From the NCBI GenBank assembly GCA_965178125.1, contig OZ237776.1, forward strand, positions 248,001-312,000: DNA of 64,000 nucleotides. The letters are read 5' to 3'. A model generated the notes under the pieces. That model was not told the DNA's origin and did no database searches. It saw only the letters and a program-made list of their open reading frames with translations. The translations under genes were made by a program, and so were the position numbers. This DNA is from Bilabrum cf. latius (lineage: Eukaryota). Below are positions 10,387 through 23,000 of the stretch, piece after piece (within the stretch, counting starts at the first letter, position 1; the number at the start of each line of letters is the position of its first letter).

Positions 10387-13300
10387 TTACGAGTCCGACC
10401 GGCACAGGCCAAGACCTGTTGCGTGCACTTCTTTCGCGCTCGCTGGCTTGCCCAGCACCGCATCCAGCCCCTCCGCCTTGAACGCCTCCAAGTCCTCGCC
10501 CAAAGCATCCCCCGTCAGGCCCACAATCATAAACCGAGACCCGAACTCTCCACGGATCGTACGCGTCGCCTCCACGCCGTCCATCACTGGCATCGACTTG
10601 TCCATCGTGATCAGGCCCAGGCACTCCAACCCCGGCCCCGCCTCCATGGCCCGGGCCCGGCACGCCTCCACTGCCTTCTGCCCGTCCTTGGCCTGGTGCA
10701 CGGTGTATCCGAGCCTGCGCATGCCCCTGGCGAGCAGTTTCCTGTTGGTGGGCACGTCGTCCACGATGAGGCACCAATCCCTAATCGCCAAAGAAGTGAT
10801 GCCAGACTCAACTTTCTAGCCTACCCTGCGCATAATTCCCGCCCCTGGGGCTGGGGCAGCCGCTGAGTCGGGCTGTGCCATTGGCACTCTGCCCCTGCCA
10901 CCGGAGGCCCCACCACCTCGTGCAGTGCTGTCAATGTCTGCCTGGCCCGTGTACGTTGCTAGAATAGCACCACCATCCGCAGAATCAATGGATGCATGCT
11001 GCTGTCCGCCGTGCACACGGTCGGATAATTTGAAACGGGAAGAGTGCGGAAGCTTCAGCGCGGCTTCAGCTTCTTCGCTGCCTGGCTGGACAACGGCGGC
11101 ATCCACCGATCCTTTGGCTACATCAGCACGATGCCGCTCAGAAAGGGTCCTATTCGAGCGATTAAGGCCAACGTCCCCGCTGCGTGAAATGGACGATCTG
11201 GAATCCAAGGGACCGTGCTGCATGGATTGTGTCTTCTTGGCATTGGATGCCCCAATGACTTCCACCTTGTGGCTACTGCGGCTCGTGCTGCTTTGCAGCT
11301 GGAGTGCGGGCACCACTCCAGATGTGCCGCCTCTCTTGCCATCGTATAGCGCATCTTTTTCTTTAGGGTGTTTGGAGCTGTCTTGCACCGGTGATGAGAG
11401 CGCTTGCCCAGCAGCTGCAGTCGACTCGCGCACTCGGCTCGACTCACTGCCAGAGCTCTCCGAGTCGTGCGTACGCGATGCAACCGCAGTGGATTTACCC
11501 AAACCGAGGCCAATGCTGCCGTCTTTTACGTCTTCAGCTGAGCGCCCCTGCAACATGGCAGGCGCGACCTTTGCCAGTGACACAGGTATTCCCGAGGCAG
11601 TGCTGCCTTCTGACCTAGCGCTGAGAGGCACGACGGCAGCGAAACTGCCGTGATTGCCGCGGCGCGAGCTTGCCTTGCCTTCCGATTGGCGCACGGAGTG
11701 CATCCCGTCGGCTTCGTGCACGCTCGTGGCGCTCTGCCGGGTGTTCTCCACTGTGGAATTTGAAGCATGCCGCTGGCTCTGGCTCGTGTACCCCACGCTG
11801 TTGAAGCTCAGCTGGGACTCGTTGTCGTCCACCATGTCTCCCAGCAGCTCCATTCCCTGTGCGATGTGGGCCTCGAAGTTGAACGTGAACACGCTGCCCT
11901 TGCCCTCTCCCTCGCTCGATGCCACCAGATCGCCCCCCATCTGACGAGCGATCCCGCGGGAGATGTACAAGCCCAGACCGGAGGAAGACCCTGTGTACTC
12001 GACTCCGTGTCTGGTCTGCTTGTACGGCGTGAAGAGCTGGTTGATGTCATCTTGTGCCATGCCGCAGCCAGTGTCGGTGACCTGTATCGCTAGGCGGACC
12101 ATCGACTCCCGAATGCTGCCCGAGTCCCTAGTGTCTTCAGGCTGGGTCTGTCGCCTGTCCAAGGCCACGGCTATGCCGATCTGACCACCCCGCAGCGTGA
12201 ATTTCAGCGAGTTCGACACCAAATTAGCAAGCACTTGCTTTATCCGAACTGGGTCCCCGCGGATGTGAGAAGGCACGTCCTGCGCTGCATCCGCCCGAAG
12301 ATTCACGCCGTGCTTCTCGGCTGTGCGTCGGAACGTTGACACAATGTCTTGCAGCACCTGCGCCACGTCAACCACCTCGTCCCTTAGCCTGAGCCTGCCC
12401 TGCTCGATGCGCTGGGCCTCGAGCACGTCGTCGAAGATGCACTGCAGTCCCTTGCACCCTTCCTGCTGGGACCGGAGCACGTCACGTGCATCATCGATAG
12501 CAAGCGCCATGCTGCCTTGCAGACGGTCAACCTGCCCAGCATCCACATAGGCTGCCAGTGGATCGCCACCACTTCCATTCATTACCTGAACTGCGCGGCC
12601 TTGCAACCGAGCTTCCCCGTCAGATTGCCCCCCTTCGTCGCCTTCCCCCATCTACGAGTGTATGGACGACCTAACTAGCCGCTTGAGCCTTTTTCTGTCC
12701 TTTGAGATTTCCTTGAGGCTTTCCTGCAGCTCCTACACCGACAGAGACACCGCCTGAAGAGGCACCCGGGCCTCGTGGAAGATGTACCTGGTGAACTGCT
12801 GGATGGTGCTGAGGCGGGCATCGGCGGCTTCTCGCTTCCACTTCTGCGACTCGGCGGCTTGTCTCGATACTGCCATGACATCGTTGTGCAGCACAGTCAG
12901 AGCTAGAGCGCAGCGGCTGGCCACGAATGCGCAAGCGGCTATGGCGGCAATTTGCTGACCTTGATCGTGGGAGCCTCCCAACCAGCGAGGGGCGAAGTAG
13001 GAGGACTGGTACACCAGCCCGACCATGGTGATGAGCACAATGAGTGCCTGGGTCAGCCCGAACGGTTCAGGTTCTTCAGGCTCATCGCGGGCGGCGACTG
13101 CACTTGCGCCGGTACTTTCTTCATCCCCAGGGTAATCGATGCCGATGCTGATGAAAGAGGACCGGAAGGACGCTCGCTTTGGCCGCGGCAGGTGAGCGAG
13201 CACAGGAGCACTTGCTCCAGACGCTGCTCGGCCATCGGCGGGGCGGGCATCTCCCTGCTGCGAGCTGCTCACACTCCCAGATTGCGATTGACTGACCCCT

Positions 13301-14119
13301 TGAATCATGGAATCACTGTCACGCAAGCCTATTGTCCCGCTTAGTGCACCCGCATCGGGACGACAGCAGCAGGAGCACCCGTCGTCCAGTGTCCAAGAGA
13401 GGTACGGGTCCAGGGCCCGGTCAACACCGCCTCGAAACATTTCAAGCGAGACATAGAAGAACCCCACAATGTAGGCTAGTACAGAAACGACGAGGATGAG
13501 CACGTCAGTAACCTGACTGCCGGAAAAGGCCTTCAAGACACACACTAGCCAGATTCCCATGCCTCCGGCGGTGATTCCAGCAAGGCGCCTCCTGCGCGAG
13601 TGCATTGCAATAGGGATTTCATTTGCGATGCACAGCAAGGACGCCCCGCTGTACAACCACAGCTGTGATAGAGTGGGACAGCCAAACGAAAGCCTAGCAG
13701 TTGAGAGCCCGGCCCCAAGCTGTACTAGGCACAGCCATGCCTGCGTCCGTGAAGTGGGCCTCTAAACTACACTATAGGAATAGCAATCACTGGCTTGCTC
13801 CAGAACAGGCTGAGATGCTATGCGAGTCCTTCTGACTTACCGACGCATTTGTAAACGTTGACGTAAGCAGGAACAGCTTGATTCGGCTGGCTGACCAGAC
13901 GTACGCACCAAACGCCGAAAAGCAAGCATAAATACATACAACACCTGAGATTGAAAACCAGATGGCCGGAACCTGGACATCAACACGAGTCTCGATTGTT
14001 TCGCCGATTTGCACGAGTCTATCTGCCACAGAAAGTACCGCAGTGACCAGTGCAGTCACGGCTAGCGATCCATGAAATAGAATTTCTTCGAATGACACGC
14101 TCTATTCCTTTCGCGCCAT
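10387..14119 (-). CDS. Hybrid histidine kinase 3 (multi-TM sensor, HisKA, HATPase, receiver)
   Basis: ATG 14119 (MARKEQSVSFEE with TAG=Q). Predicted intron from GTAAGT at 13840 to ~13762 (acceptor uncertain). One frame across TAGs to TAA 10387. N-box NLVSNSLKFT intact. Confidence 0.85.
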
Positions 14120-14406
14120 CTTTGAATCGTTGGGTATTTGTCCGAACTGGCCCGTTGCGGAGTCCGCACATGACGAGTGTAGTGGTCGCGCAGCATTGCG
14201 GCGATGCTGATAAATGAATGGTCGCACCCTTCAGACCTGTTTCAGACGACGCGGAGTGTATTCGCCCGAGGCAACTAGTTTACCTGCTTTCATATATGCA
14301 TTGCCACGGGCCCACAATCACGGTCCATTCAATAAATCACACCCCATCACGCGTAGTGACCAATGCCTGTATTTTCTTGTTCGCCCCGTGGCGCCCCTCC
14401 TCCCTT

Positions 14407-16630
14407 TCATTCTTCTCCCCCCTACTCGCCCCCCTCTAACCCCGTCCCCATCGCCATCGTCACACCGTCCTCCACCCCCGCAGATTCCTTCAGGCTAGTC
14501 AGCAGGTAGAACACCTCCAGCCTCCGGGCCACAGCTCCCTCCTCCTCACCCACGCAAAGCTCGCAGCACCAGTTCACGAACTCGTCCTCGGTCAGCGGCA
14601 CACGCACGTGCGACCGAACAAGCAATCGGCTTCGGGTCAGAAGAAGCCGACGAACCTTCTCTCGACGGGCTTCCCTTCGTCGCCGCGCCCCTTCAGCGTC
14701 GGGGGCCAGAGCGCTCCCAACAGCGTCGATTGCGGCTCCGAGTCGCTCGCCCAACCCACCCAACGGACCCACGCTCTCCTGCGCTTCAATTTCTGCCTCC
14801 CCGTGCGGGGTGGCACCCCCACCGGTTGCAACCACTTGCGACCAATCGGTGCCAGGGTGCGCCTCCTCGATAGACAGGCCGCGCTCACGGGCGCCGCGCA
14901 TAGCTACAGTCCTGAGTTCCGCTACCGACAGCTCCCCACCGTACCCTGCACCCGAATCATCCCCTGCTCCTCCCGGCGCGCCCCCACTCGTCACACCGTC
15001 CCCGCCACCACCCCCCTCGAGCAGTTCCGGCCTCGCCGCCACCGGCCTCTGCACCATCCAGTCGTTGGGCCTGAGCCTCACCCTCCCCAGCTGCACCGCC
15101 CTCGCCTCCGTGAGGCATTCCCTCGCCTGCTGCTCCGATCGACCGAACCCCGCCTCCTCCCCGATCGCAGTCAGGAAGGGCACCGTGAACTCGTCACTGC
15201 CCCCATTCGCCTCTACCACGAAGCGGTACAACAGCCGAAACAGGCGCTCCCGCTCGGCCCCGCACGGCCACACTCCGCACACCTGGCCCAAGCGCTCGAA
15301 CAGCGAATCTCGAGGAACGTTCGCCAGGGCCTCCTCGGCCAGCGAAAGGAACTGCTCCCGCGTGATAATGCGCGGCGCCGATCCCTGCGATGTTCCGCTG
15401 CCAGCCCCTTGCTTCGCCATCCATGCGCCCAGCACGCGACGGACACCATTGAAGGCCGAATGAGGTTCCGGACTGCCTTCCGATTGCGCGGCGCCGCTGC
15501 CGGCAGCTGCCCCAGCCAGCGCCTCCTTGGGTGGCTGGGAGTCGCCCCTCAGCGCGCGCAGGAGATCCAGGGCCTCTGCGGTGAGGACGTGGCCGTGAGC
15601 GTGAGCGTGAGCGTGAGCGTGACCGCTGGGTGCATCGCGCTGTGGTGCGGCGTATTTGTCGGCGACTCGTCGCAGAGCTGCCTCTACATCCCAATCGGAC
15701 TGCGTGCGGGGGTTTGAAGGGGCTGGTGGGTGGGTGGGTTGGTGGGTTGGTGGGTTGATCTTTTTCGGCGAGATCAGATCGCGTGGGCAAGGGCGAGGGG
15801 AAGCAGACTACCCGATGCGGCAGAGGCAGAGAGGGGGGCAAGGCGGAAGCAAGCAGAGCGGACGACCATATATGACAACGGCGTGGCCAATCCAGGGACA
15901 ATAATAAAAACCCATGTGAAATACGGGGGCCGGGGCAGGGGTCATCCTCGCAGTGACGAGTGGTCCTCGCGGCTCTCTTCAAGTTGCTCTCCATACCACG
16001 CTGCTGGCGAGGAGTCTTACTCACGGAGTCTGGGTAATGAGGCAGGATGCCCACATATTCCAACAATGGAGTCGCCCAAGGGACGGCTGATCGGATGGTA
16101 CGGAGCATTTCGGCCCCCTCGTTCGAATCCTGCTCGCCCAGTCGCCTGCGGTTCACGGTTCGACCGACCAACCACGTTATCGCAGCGAGCGCGAGAAGAA
16201 CAATAGGGATCCGATTGTACAGCTGGCGGCGGATCTCCAATTCTACCGGGTCGTCGGTTGGCGGTGGTGATGGCGGGGGCATCGCGTACAACATTTCAGA
16301 GGGCACCTCGCCCAGCCGCTCCCCCGGTGATCTCCAATTGATTCTCTATTCTAACCGCGACGACTCTTTTGTAGCATCAGAGTCGTACCAGAAGCATCGC
16401 CTTTGGTTGCCGTATACTCTGGATGATGCTCGCGGTGGCACGCGTGACGTGGACACTGCGGGCCCAACAGCAACTACACGACTTTGCAGCAGTGAGGAGA
16501 GGGTTCGGTTTTGTACAACCGCACGTACTGGGCGTTTTAGTCTAAAGACAAACAATTGAAACGGTTTAGACCACCTAATCATTCTGATTGAACGCACCCT
16601 GTGACGATTTGTACTCGGCAATTTAGACAT
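14407..16630 (-). CDS. Hypothetical protein with Arg/Ser-rich N-terminus and one TM helix (possibly mitochondrial)
   Basis: Exon 16630-16025 crosses one TAG; phase-0 intron 16024-15700 (GTGAGT...ACGCAG); exon 15699-14407 ends at TGA. Hydrophobic IPIVLLALAAITWLVG. No family recognised and the start codon is uncertain. Confidence 0.55.
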
Positions 16631-16906
16631 CTCGTAACGTGTAGTTATTGCGGATTGATCTGATATTTTTCAAGTGACATGTCTCCGGACCATCACCACA
16701 AAAAATTCCGTTCACCGTTCGAGTGATACGTAGCTCGTTACACTTAGAGTTATTACGAAGTCTAACTTAAGCAGTTTTACGTCGTTGGGAGGAGCTGCAC
16801 GCACTTGCATACCAGGTACATTCGGAACTTCGCGCGGCGATTGATACGAACAGTAATATTTGGACCGCCATCGAGTTGATAGCATCGTTGAATATACAAT
16901 TATATC

Positions 16907-19551
16907 ATGATGAGTGCGCAACGAGGAGACAGTAGAGTGTTTGTGTCCTAGCATAGAGAAATTGATGCGTCTGGGACCACTCGGGAACAGGTAGGCAACG
17001 TGTTGCCGGGGACAAGACCAACAACGTAGGCTTCAAGTGGCGCCCAAACAAGCGGGTCAGTGTAGTATGTCGGCTACCCTATGCCTGCTGCGGCCACCAT
17101 GCCTCCAACAGGGCAAAGCCCAGGTGCCGGGATTTCTACTGCCCGGCCAGCAGTCTGGTCCGCACACAAGAGTGAGAGAAATATTTAAGATAATCAGCAC
17201 AGACAGGGGGAACCAGATTCGCACATCGAATCATATATGAGAGCCTCGAGCTCCGCGGATCGCCCTTCCGCTCGAGATGCACTTCAAGCTGCGGCAGTGA
17301 CGCAGGAAACCGCCGGGAGGTGCGGCCGCTGCCACCCTTTTTGCGCACCCTGTGTGCGCACCCCAACCCACAGCCCCGTGTGCAAGCTCCGGGCAGCGCG
17401 CAACCCCCCTTCCCATTCAGCCATCTTAAATGAATTTTCAACCATGCCCTCATTCATCCACGACTCTCCACCGCAGCGGCGGAGGGGGCCGAGTACTTTT
17501 TCAACCACGCCACCGGAACGTCCACATGGTAGAGGCCTCCGGAACTCGGAGGGCCACCCGCGCCCATGACTGCACCGGCAGCGGCCGCACAGCCCGCTTA
17601 CATCCCCCAGCAAGCAGTGCCCCAAACCTAGGCGTACGACCACGCCGAGGCGACCCGCCAGAGGGCAGCCGAGATTGCCAAGATGCTGGCAGCACAAGGT
17701 GCCACCGTGCCCGTAGGCCCGGGGGCGCCCATCCAGACGGGCCCACAGGCCACGGGGCCCCCAGGTGCCAACCTGTTCATATTCCACATCCCGAATGACT
17801 GCATGAACGTGCACCTGTACGAGCTCTTCAAGCCGTACGGGCATCTCCTCAGCGCCAGGATCATGGTGGACAAGAGGACGGGACGCGGGAGGGGGTTCGG
17901 GTTCGTGTCGTACGCGTCGGCGGACCAGGCGTAGAGCGCGATCAAGGCGTTGAACGGTTTCCAGATTGGGCACAAGCGGCTGGCCGTGAGCGTGAAGCGG
18001 TCGAAGGATGAGGTGGCCAGGTTCGGGCCAGCAGCGGGAGCAGCGGCCGCCCACTACTAGCAGCAGCAGCAGCAGCAGCAGCAGTTTTACGTGCCGGGTG
18101 CAACGCACGGTGGCGTTGTTGCATCGGCTGGGATGGTTGCCACCGGTAGCGCGGGCATGCAGGTGCCAGGGCAGGTGCAAGCCTTCCATCCGCACATGCA
18201 TGCCGCGCCCTCGCTGCAGGCCCAGGCTACGTAGATGCAGCAGCAGCAGCAGCAGCAGCCTAGGCAGCAGCGGCGCACATCCGACGGGCTGTTCCGGCCG
18301 GACGGCGCGCCCGAGGCACTCGCTAGGCTAGGGATCGGATCAGGGGCCCCTCAGATCCCCCAGGGGTACATGGTCGTCCCCGGGCTGGAGGGACCCACGG
18401 CCCTGCGGGTGGCCCCCGGGGCCGGTGTCCCCAAGTTGGGGGCAAGCTCCGGAGTCATGCCGGGGTCTCCCCGCGGCATGACTGCTGCGCCTGCGTTCGG
18501 GGGTGCTGCAGTGCACGGTGGTGCAGGCATGGGTGGTGGCGTGCCGCTGTCCCCTAGCATGATGGGCGGCGGGGGCGCCGCAGGGTTGTTTGGCCCCAAT
18601 GGGGGGGTATACCCCGGGATGTACCCTATGGGCATGCAGTACGGAACAACGACGCCAGCGCACTCGCCACATATGGCTGTCTCGCAGTCGGCGCCCGCGT
18701 CTGGTGCTACCTCTGCGACTGCGAGCGGCGCTCTGATGTCTTCCACCGCTGGTACCGCAAGCTCAGGGGGTGCTCAAACCAGCTAGGGGTACGTAACTGG
18801 AGCGTCTTCACCGGCACTGCAAGCGCAGCACATGATGATGCTGACTGGGATGGGCGGTTTGGCCGCAGGCGTGCCTTTTGGTGGGATGGGCGGCAGCCCT
18901 CATGCGGGGCCCATGGCCATGCCGATGGGAGGCATGGGCATTGGCATGGGCATGGGCATGGGCATGGGTGCGGGTCTGGGTCTAGGTGGAACCATGGCCG
19001 GGGCTGGGGCCGGTGGCATTCCGTCTTCAGTGGGGGGGGCGCCTCAGGTGCCCGTCACGCCCGGCGGCGTAGCTGCCGCGATGCTGAGCGGGCACAAGGC
19101 AGGGGCCGCGCAATTCGGTTCCGCAATCGGCGAGTGGCGGCAGGAGGCGCCGTTGAGCCCCCTTCGTGCCAGGGCAGTGAGTGACCTCCCCTCTCCCGCC
19201 GACGAGGTCGCCCTGCCTGGCCCGGCCGTGGGGGAAGGAGCCGGTGATTTGGCAGCGGGAGCGGAGAGTGGCAACGGTGGCAGGCTTTCGTCTCCCCTTG
19301 GCCAGGGTGACGGGAGGGGCTCCTTCTTGAGGGGCGGCGGCGCGGGTGCGGGTGCGGGGGCGGGTGCGGGGGGTAACAGGGTAGCTCGGTCGGTCGGGAG
19401 CGCAGAGGCCGCGTTTTTCACCCGGCCAGCGCCCGGCTCGGTGGGTCGTGCGAGCGATCGGGGTTCCTCGGTGCACAGTGTGAGGAGCTCCAACAGCCTG
19501 GCAGATCAGAGCGATGTGAGAGCTGCAGCCAACCCTGGCCATGAGAACTGA
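16907..19551 (+). CDS. WW-domain + CELF/Bruno-type RRM RNA-binding protein with polyQ and Gly/Met-rich tail
   Basis: Removing intron 17172-17476 rebuilds the WW domain WSAHKTAEGAEYFFNHATGTSTWQRP. RRM GPPGANLFIFHIP...GRGRGFGFVSY...AQSAIKALNGFQIGHKRL resembles CELF RRM3. Ends at TGA. Confidence 0.85.
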
Positions 19552-20046
19552 ATTGGATCGGATTGGATAGAATGGGCTCTTTTGCTGGGCGCATTTTATA
19601 GCGTGTGATATTGGCAGGGTGCTCCGCGACAGGCTGAGAACGAGAGAGGAGTAGAGGGTGGGGCTGCAGGCCGGGGGAGAATGCTCCTGCTCTGCGAGAT
19701 ACTATATCTCGCAGGGTCGGTTGAGCGTGCCCGAACTGGCATGAGTGCAGCCCGTGTGTCAAGAAATGATTGTTTCATTTGCCCTTTTGCATTGAACAGC
19801 ATGTACTATTTGGAAGTTGGTGCAGGCCTACAGCTCGATGGCCGCAGACAGCATACAGCTGCCTCTCTGTGAAAACCATATTTAGCACCTTACCACGTTT
19901 TTGCGACGAGCCAACGGTATCCTGCTGAGCAGGCAGCTATCTTCGTAGCGACTCGATACTTTATCTTGTTACTGTTGTTATATCGAGACAATTACATAAT
20001 TACAAAATTTTGGCAGGAATAAGGGCGCTACGAGTATCCAGAGGCA

Positions 20047-23000
20047 ATGGTGAGGGTGCCACACTGGCGCCACAAGGTGCAGACTTGCTGCAAGCGTATG
20101 CATGCGATCCAGGTGCTTATGCGCTTAGCGACTTGTACGATGTGCTATGTTGTACATTTTGAACTTGCCGTCTACTTCGGCATGGCTCACTCCAGTACAA
20201 CTACCAGAAAGGTGGCGTGGGCGTTTCGAAGCGCTGGCGACTCGATGAATTCGGGGGCTTCAAGGACAGACGGCCGTAGTACCGCTGCTTTATGTAAAAT
20301 CTTTGGCATTTCCCATGCCCCTGTGCCATGTGATGTCATGGGTCGCCATATTCGCTGAGCCCTGAAGCGTATCGTAGCTGAAGTGCCGTTGGGTGCTTAC
20401 GGATTCCTTGTGCTGTGTCTAGCAGACCGGCAAAATTGAAGCTTTTGATGTTCTACTTGTCATTCTATGAATACCGCAGGACACCAAGCCATTAGAATAC
20501 AAGAAGCTCACGCAGCGCGGAGACAAGCCGAGTAAACGCTCGGGCCACACGCTCACCTGCCTTTCCGACGGCACCGCTGTATTGTTTGGGGGCCTCTCAC
20601 TGCAGGAACCCGCTGGACCCAACAATGAGCTATACACTGCGACCATAAGCGATTGTGAGTCGTGCAGTGGCCCGTGTATTCTAGATCTCGTGATTCACCC
20701 TGGGGCGAGCTGTCCCTGCTGCTCGGCGTTTCATAGTGATTCTGCGTGACGGCTGGAGGAGCATTGCAATGCGATTGATGCGTATGATGCTGTAAAGTTA
20801 TTTGCCACTTGCATTTTTTTCCCTGGCTACTCTTCTAGTCTTTCGCGCGCCGCAGCCGACATCAACTGGAGCCGAGTACCACCCGCCAAGGCGCGGCAGT
20901 GCCCTGCACCCCGATGGAGGCACTCAGCCACGCTCCTACCTGACGGGCGCATCGTCGTGCTGGGCGGATTTGCCTCCAGCACCACTCGACTGAATGACCT
21001 CTGGCTCCTGGAGCCGGGCAAGGGCACCTGGCAGCAGCCCGCGAGCGTACTCGAGACATCCAGGTAGGCAGTGCACAAGTCGGCTGCATCGGCCAACGAC
21101 GACGACGAGGCTCTCGCCCTGAATGACTCGAAACGGGACTATCTCGACGACCTGGGTGGCGGCGGGGATGCCGCCCAGGCAGGCATCGCGCCGGTGGACG
21201 CGTGCGAAGACGCCCCCACGCCCCGGGGGGCGCACTCCGCCGTGCTGGTGGAGGGGAGCGTGTGGGTCTTCGGGGGGTACGGCGGTTCCGGTTTCGGAAG
21301 GAGGGATTTCTCCGACGTGAGGCGATTCGACCTGGGCGGGGGAGATGCCCCGGGGGCTGCCACCGGAGGGGCCGCAGCGGCAGGGGCGGGGGCGGGGGCT
21401 GCAGACCCAGGCACTGCCGCATCTTCGGGCGGGGTCAAAATCCACGCCAGGGATGGCGGCGCGGGCCAGGAAGCCGCGGGCATCGTGATCGACGACGACG
21501 CGATGGCATGGGTGCCCGTCGACCAGCCAGACGAGGAGTAGCCGCATCCCGAGGGGAGGTCGGGCCACAGCGCTGCAGCCGACAGGCACAGGCTCCTAGT
21601 GTACGGTGGATGGAACGCTTCGCGAAGGTTCGATGACACCTGGGCGCTGGACACGCATACAATGTCGTGGGAAAAGATCGAGACTGCGCCGCTGGGGCAC
21701 GCGGGCTGGAATGCCTCATGCGTTGGTGTGCCCGCAGTCCCGTCGTGGCTCGTGTTCAGCTTCGGCGGCAGCCGTGCACCCATGGACGAGGAGGGCGAGA
21801 GCAAGACGGAGGCGGGTGACGAGACCTTCTCCAACGAACTGTCCATGCTCAACACGGCCATGAAGAGGTGGGAGCCACTGAGCCCCGAGGGCAAGGCCCC
21901 ACGGGCGAGATCCGACGCGGGCATGGGCTTCGATCCCACCAAGCAGAGGCTCATCGTGTTCGGCGGGTGGGCAAACCGGTGGTTCGGAGACGCGGTGTCC
22001 ATCGACGTGTCCTCGGCTGTGGGCCCACCGTACGCAGTGTCTGCCGTGGAGCCGGCACTAGGGCCGGTGACGGGAGGCACCAAGGCAGTGGTCAGGGGTT
22101 AGGGATTCCCAGCCAGGGAGGGCACCAGCATGAACGCGAGGTTCTTCTCCCAGGACGGGCGAAAGTTCGTCGACGCGCAGGCCAAGACGATCGACTCCGG
22201 GTCGCTCGAAGTGGAGACGCCCGACATGCAGGAGATCGGGCCTGGGATCGCAGAGCTTCGGGTGCAGGTGAGGGGACAGGCGCTGACCATCACCGCAGCG
22301 AGCTTCAACTTCTTCGACGTCACGACGTGCGAGAAGTCCCTCTGCTTCGGCGGGGGTCTGGTGCCGGGCGTGGTGGTTGCTACCGGAACGGGGTTCTTCA
22401 TCCAGTCCCGGGACGGCTCCAACCTGAACCGGACCACGGGTGGGGACGAGTACGAAGTGCGCATCATGGCGGGGGGGCAGGGGCCAACAAAGCGGAGGCA
22501 GCTGACCGAGGAGGACGACGGGTGCACTGTCAAGATCGAGGACCTCAACAACGGTATGCACAAGGTGGACTACTTCATCAGGCGCATCCCAAGAGAGGCG
22601 ATCGAGGCATGCGAGCACGAGAAGAAGAGGAAAGGGGGCAACACAAAGGCACTGCCGTCCGTTGAGATCGAAGTAGAGTTCAAGGGAACGTTCGGTGGCG
22701 TGGCCGGCCTGGTCCGCGGATGTCCGTTCACTGTCTCGCTGGTGGATCCCGTGAAGCAGGAGGACAGAGAGGCAGCCGAGGCGGCCGAGCTGCAGATCGG
22801 CAAGGAGGAGTGGCAGAAGGCGGCCGAGGCCGAGCAGGCTGCATCGCTGGAGGCCAAGAAGAAAGAGGTGGAGAAGCAGCGCGCATTGGCCAAGGAGGAA
22901 GCGGAGGAAGCCGCCCGTGAGGCCTGGATGGAGCACGACGGGCCGCCGCCCGAGGCGAAAGCAGCTGCTGCAGCGGCCGCCGCCGGAGCTGCAACTGCAA

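Noticed and set aside
3973-14119. Bacterial contamination suggested by the two-component genes
   Set aside because: They contain predicted spliceosomal introns, use the same TAG code and are contiguous with dynein.
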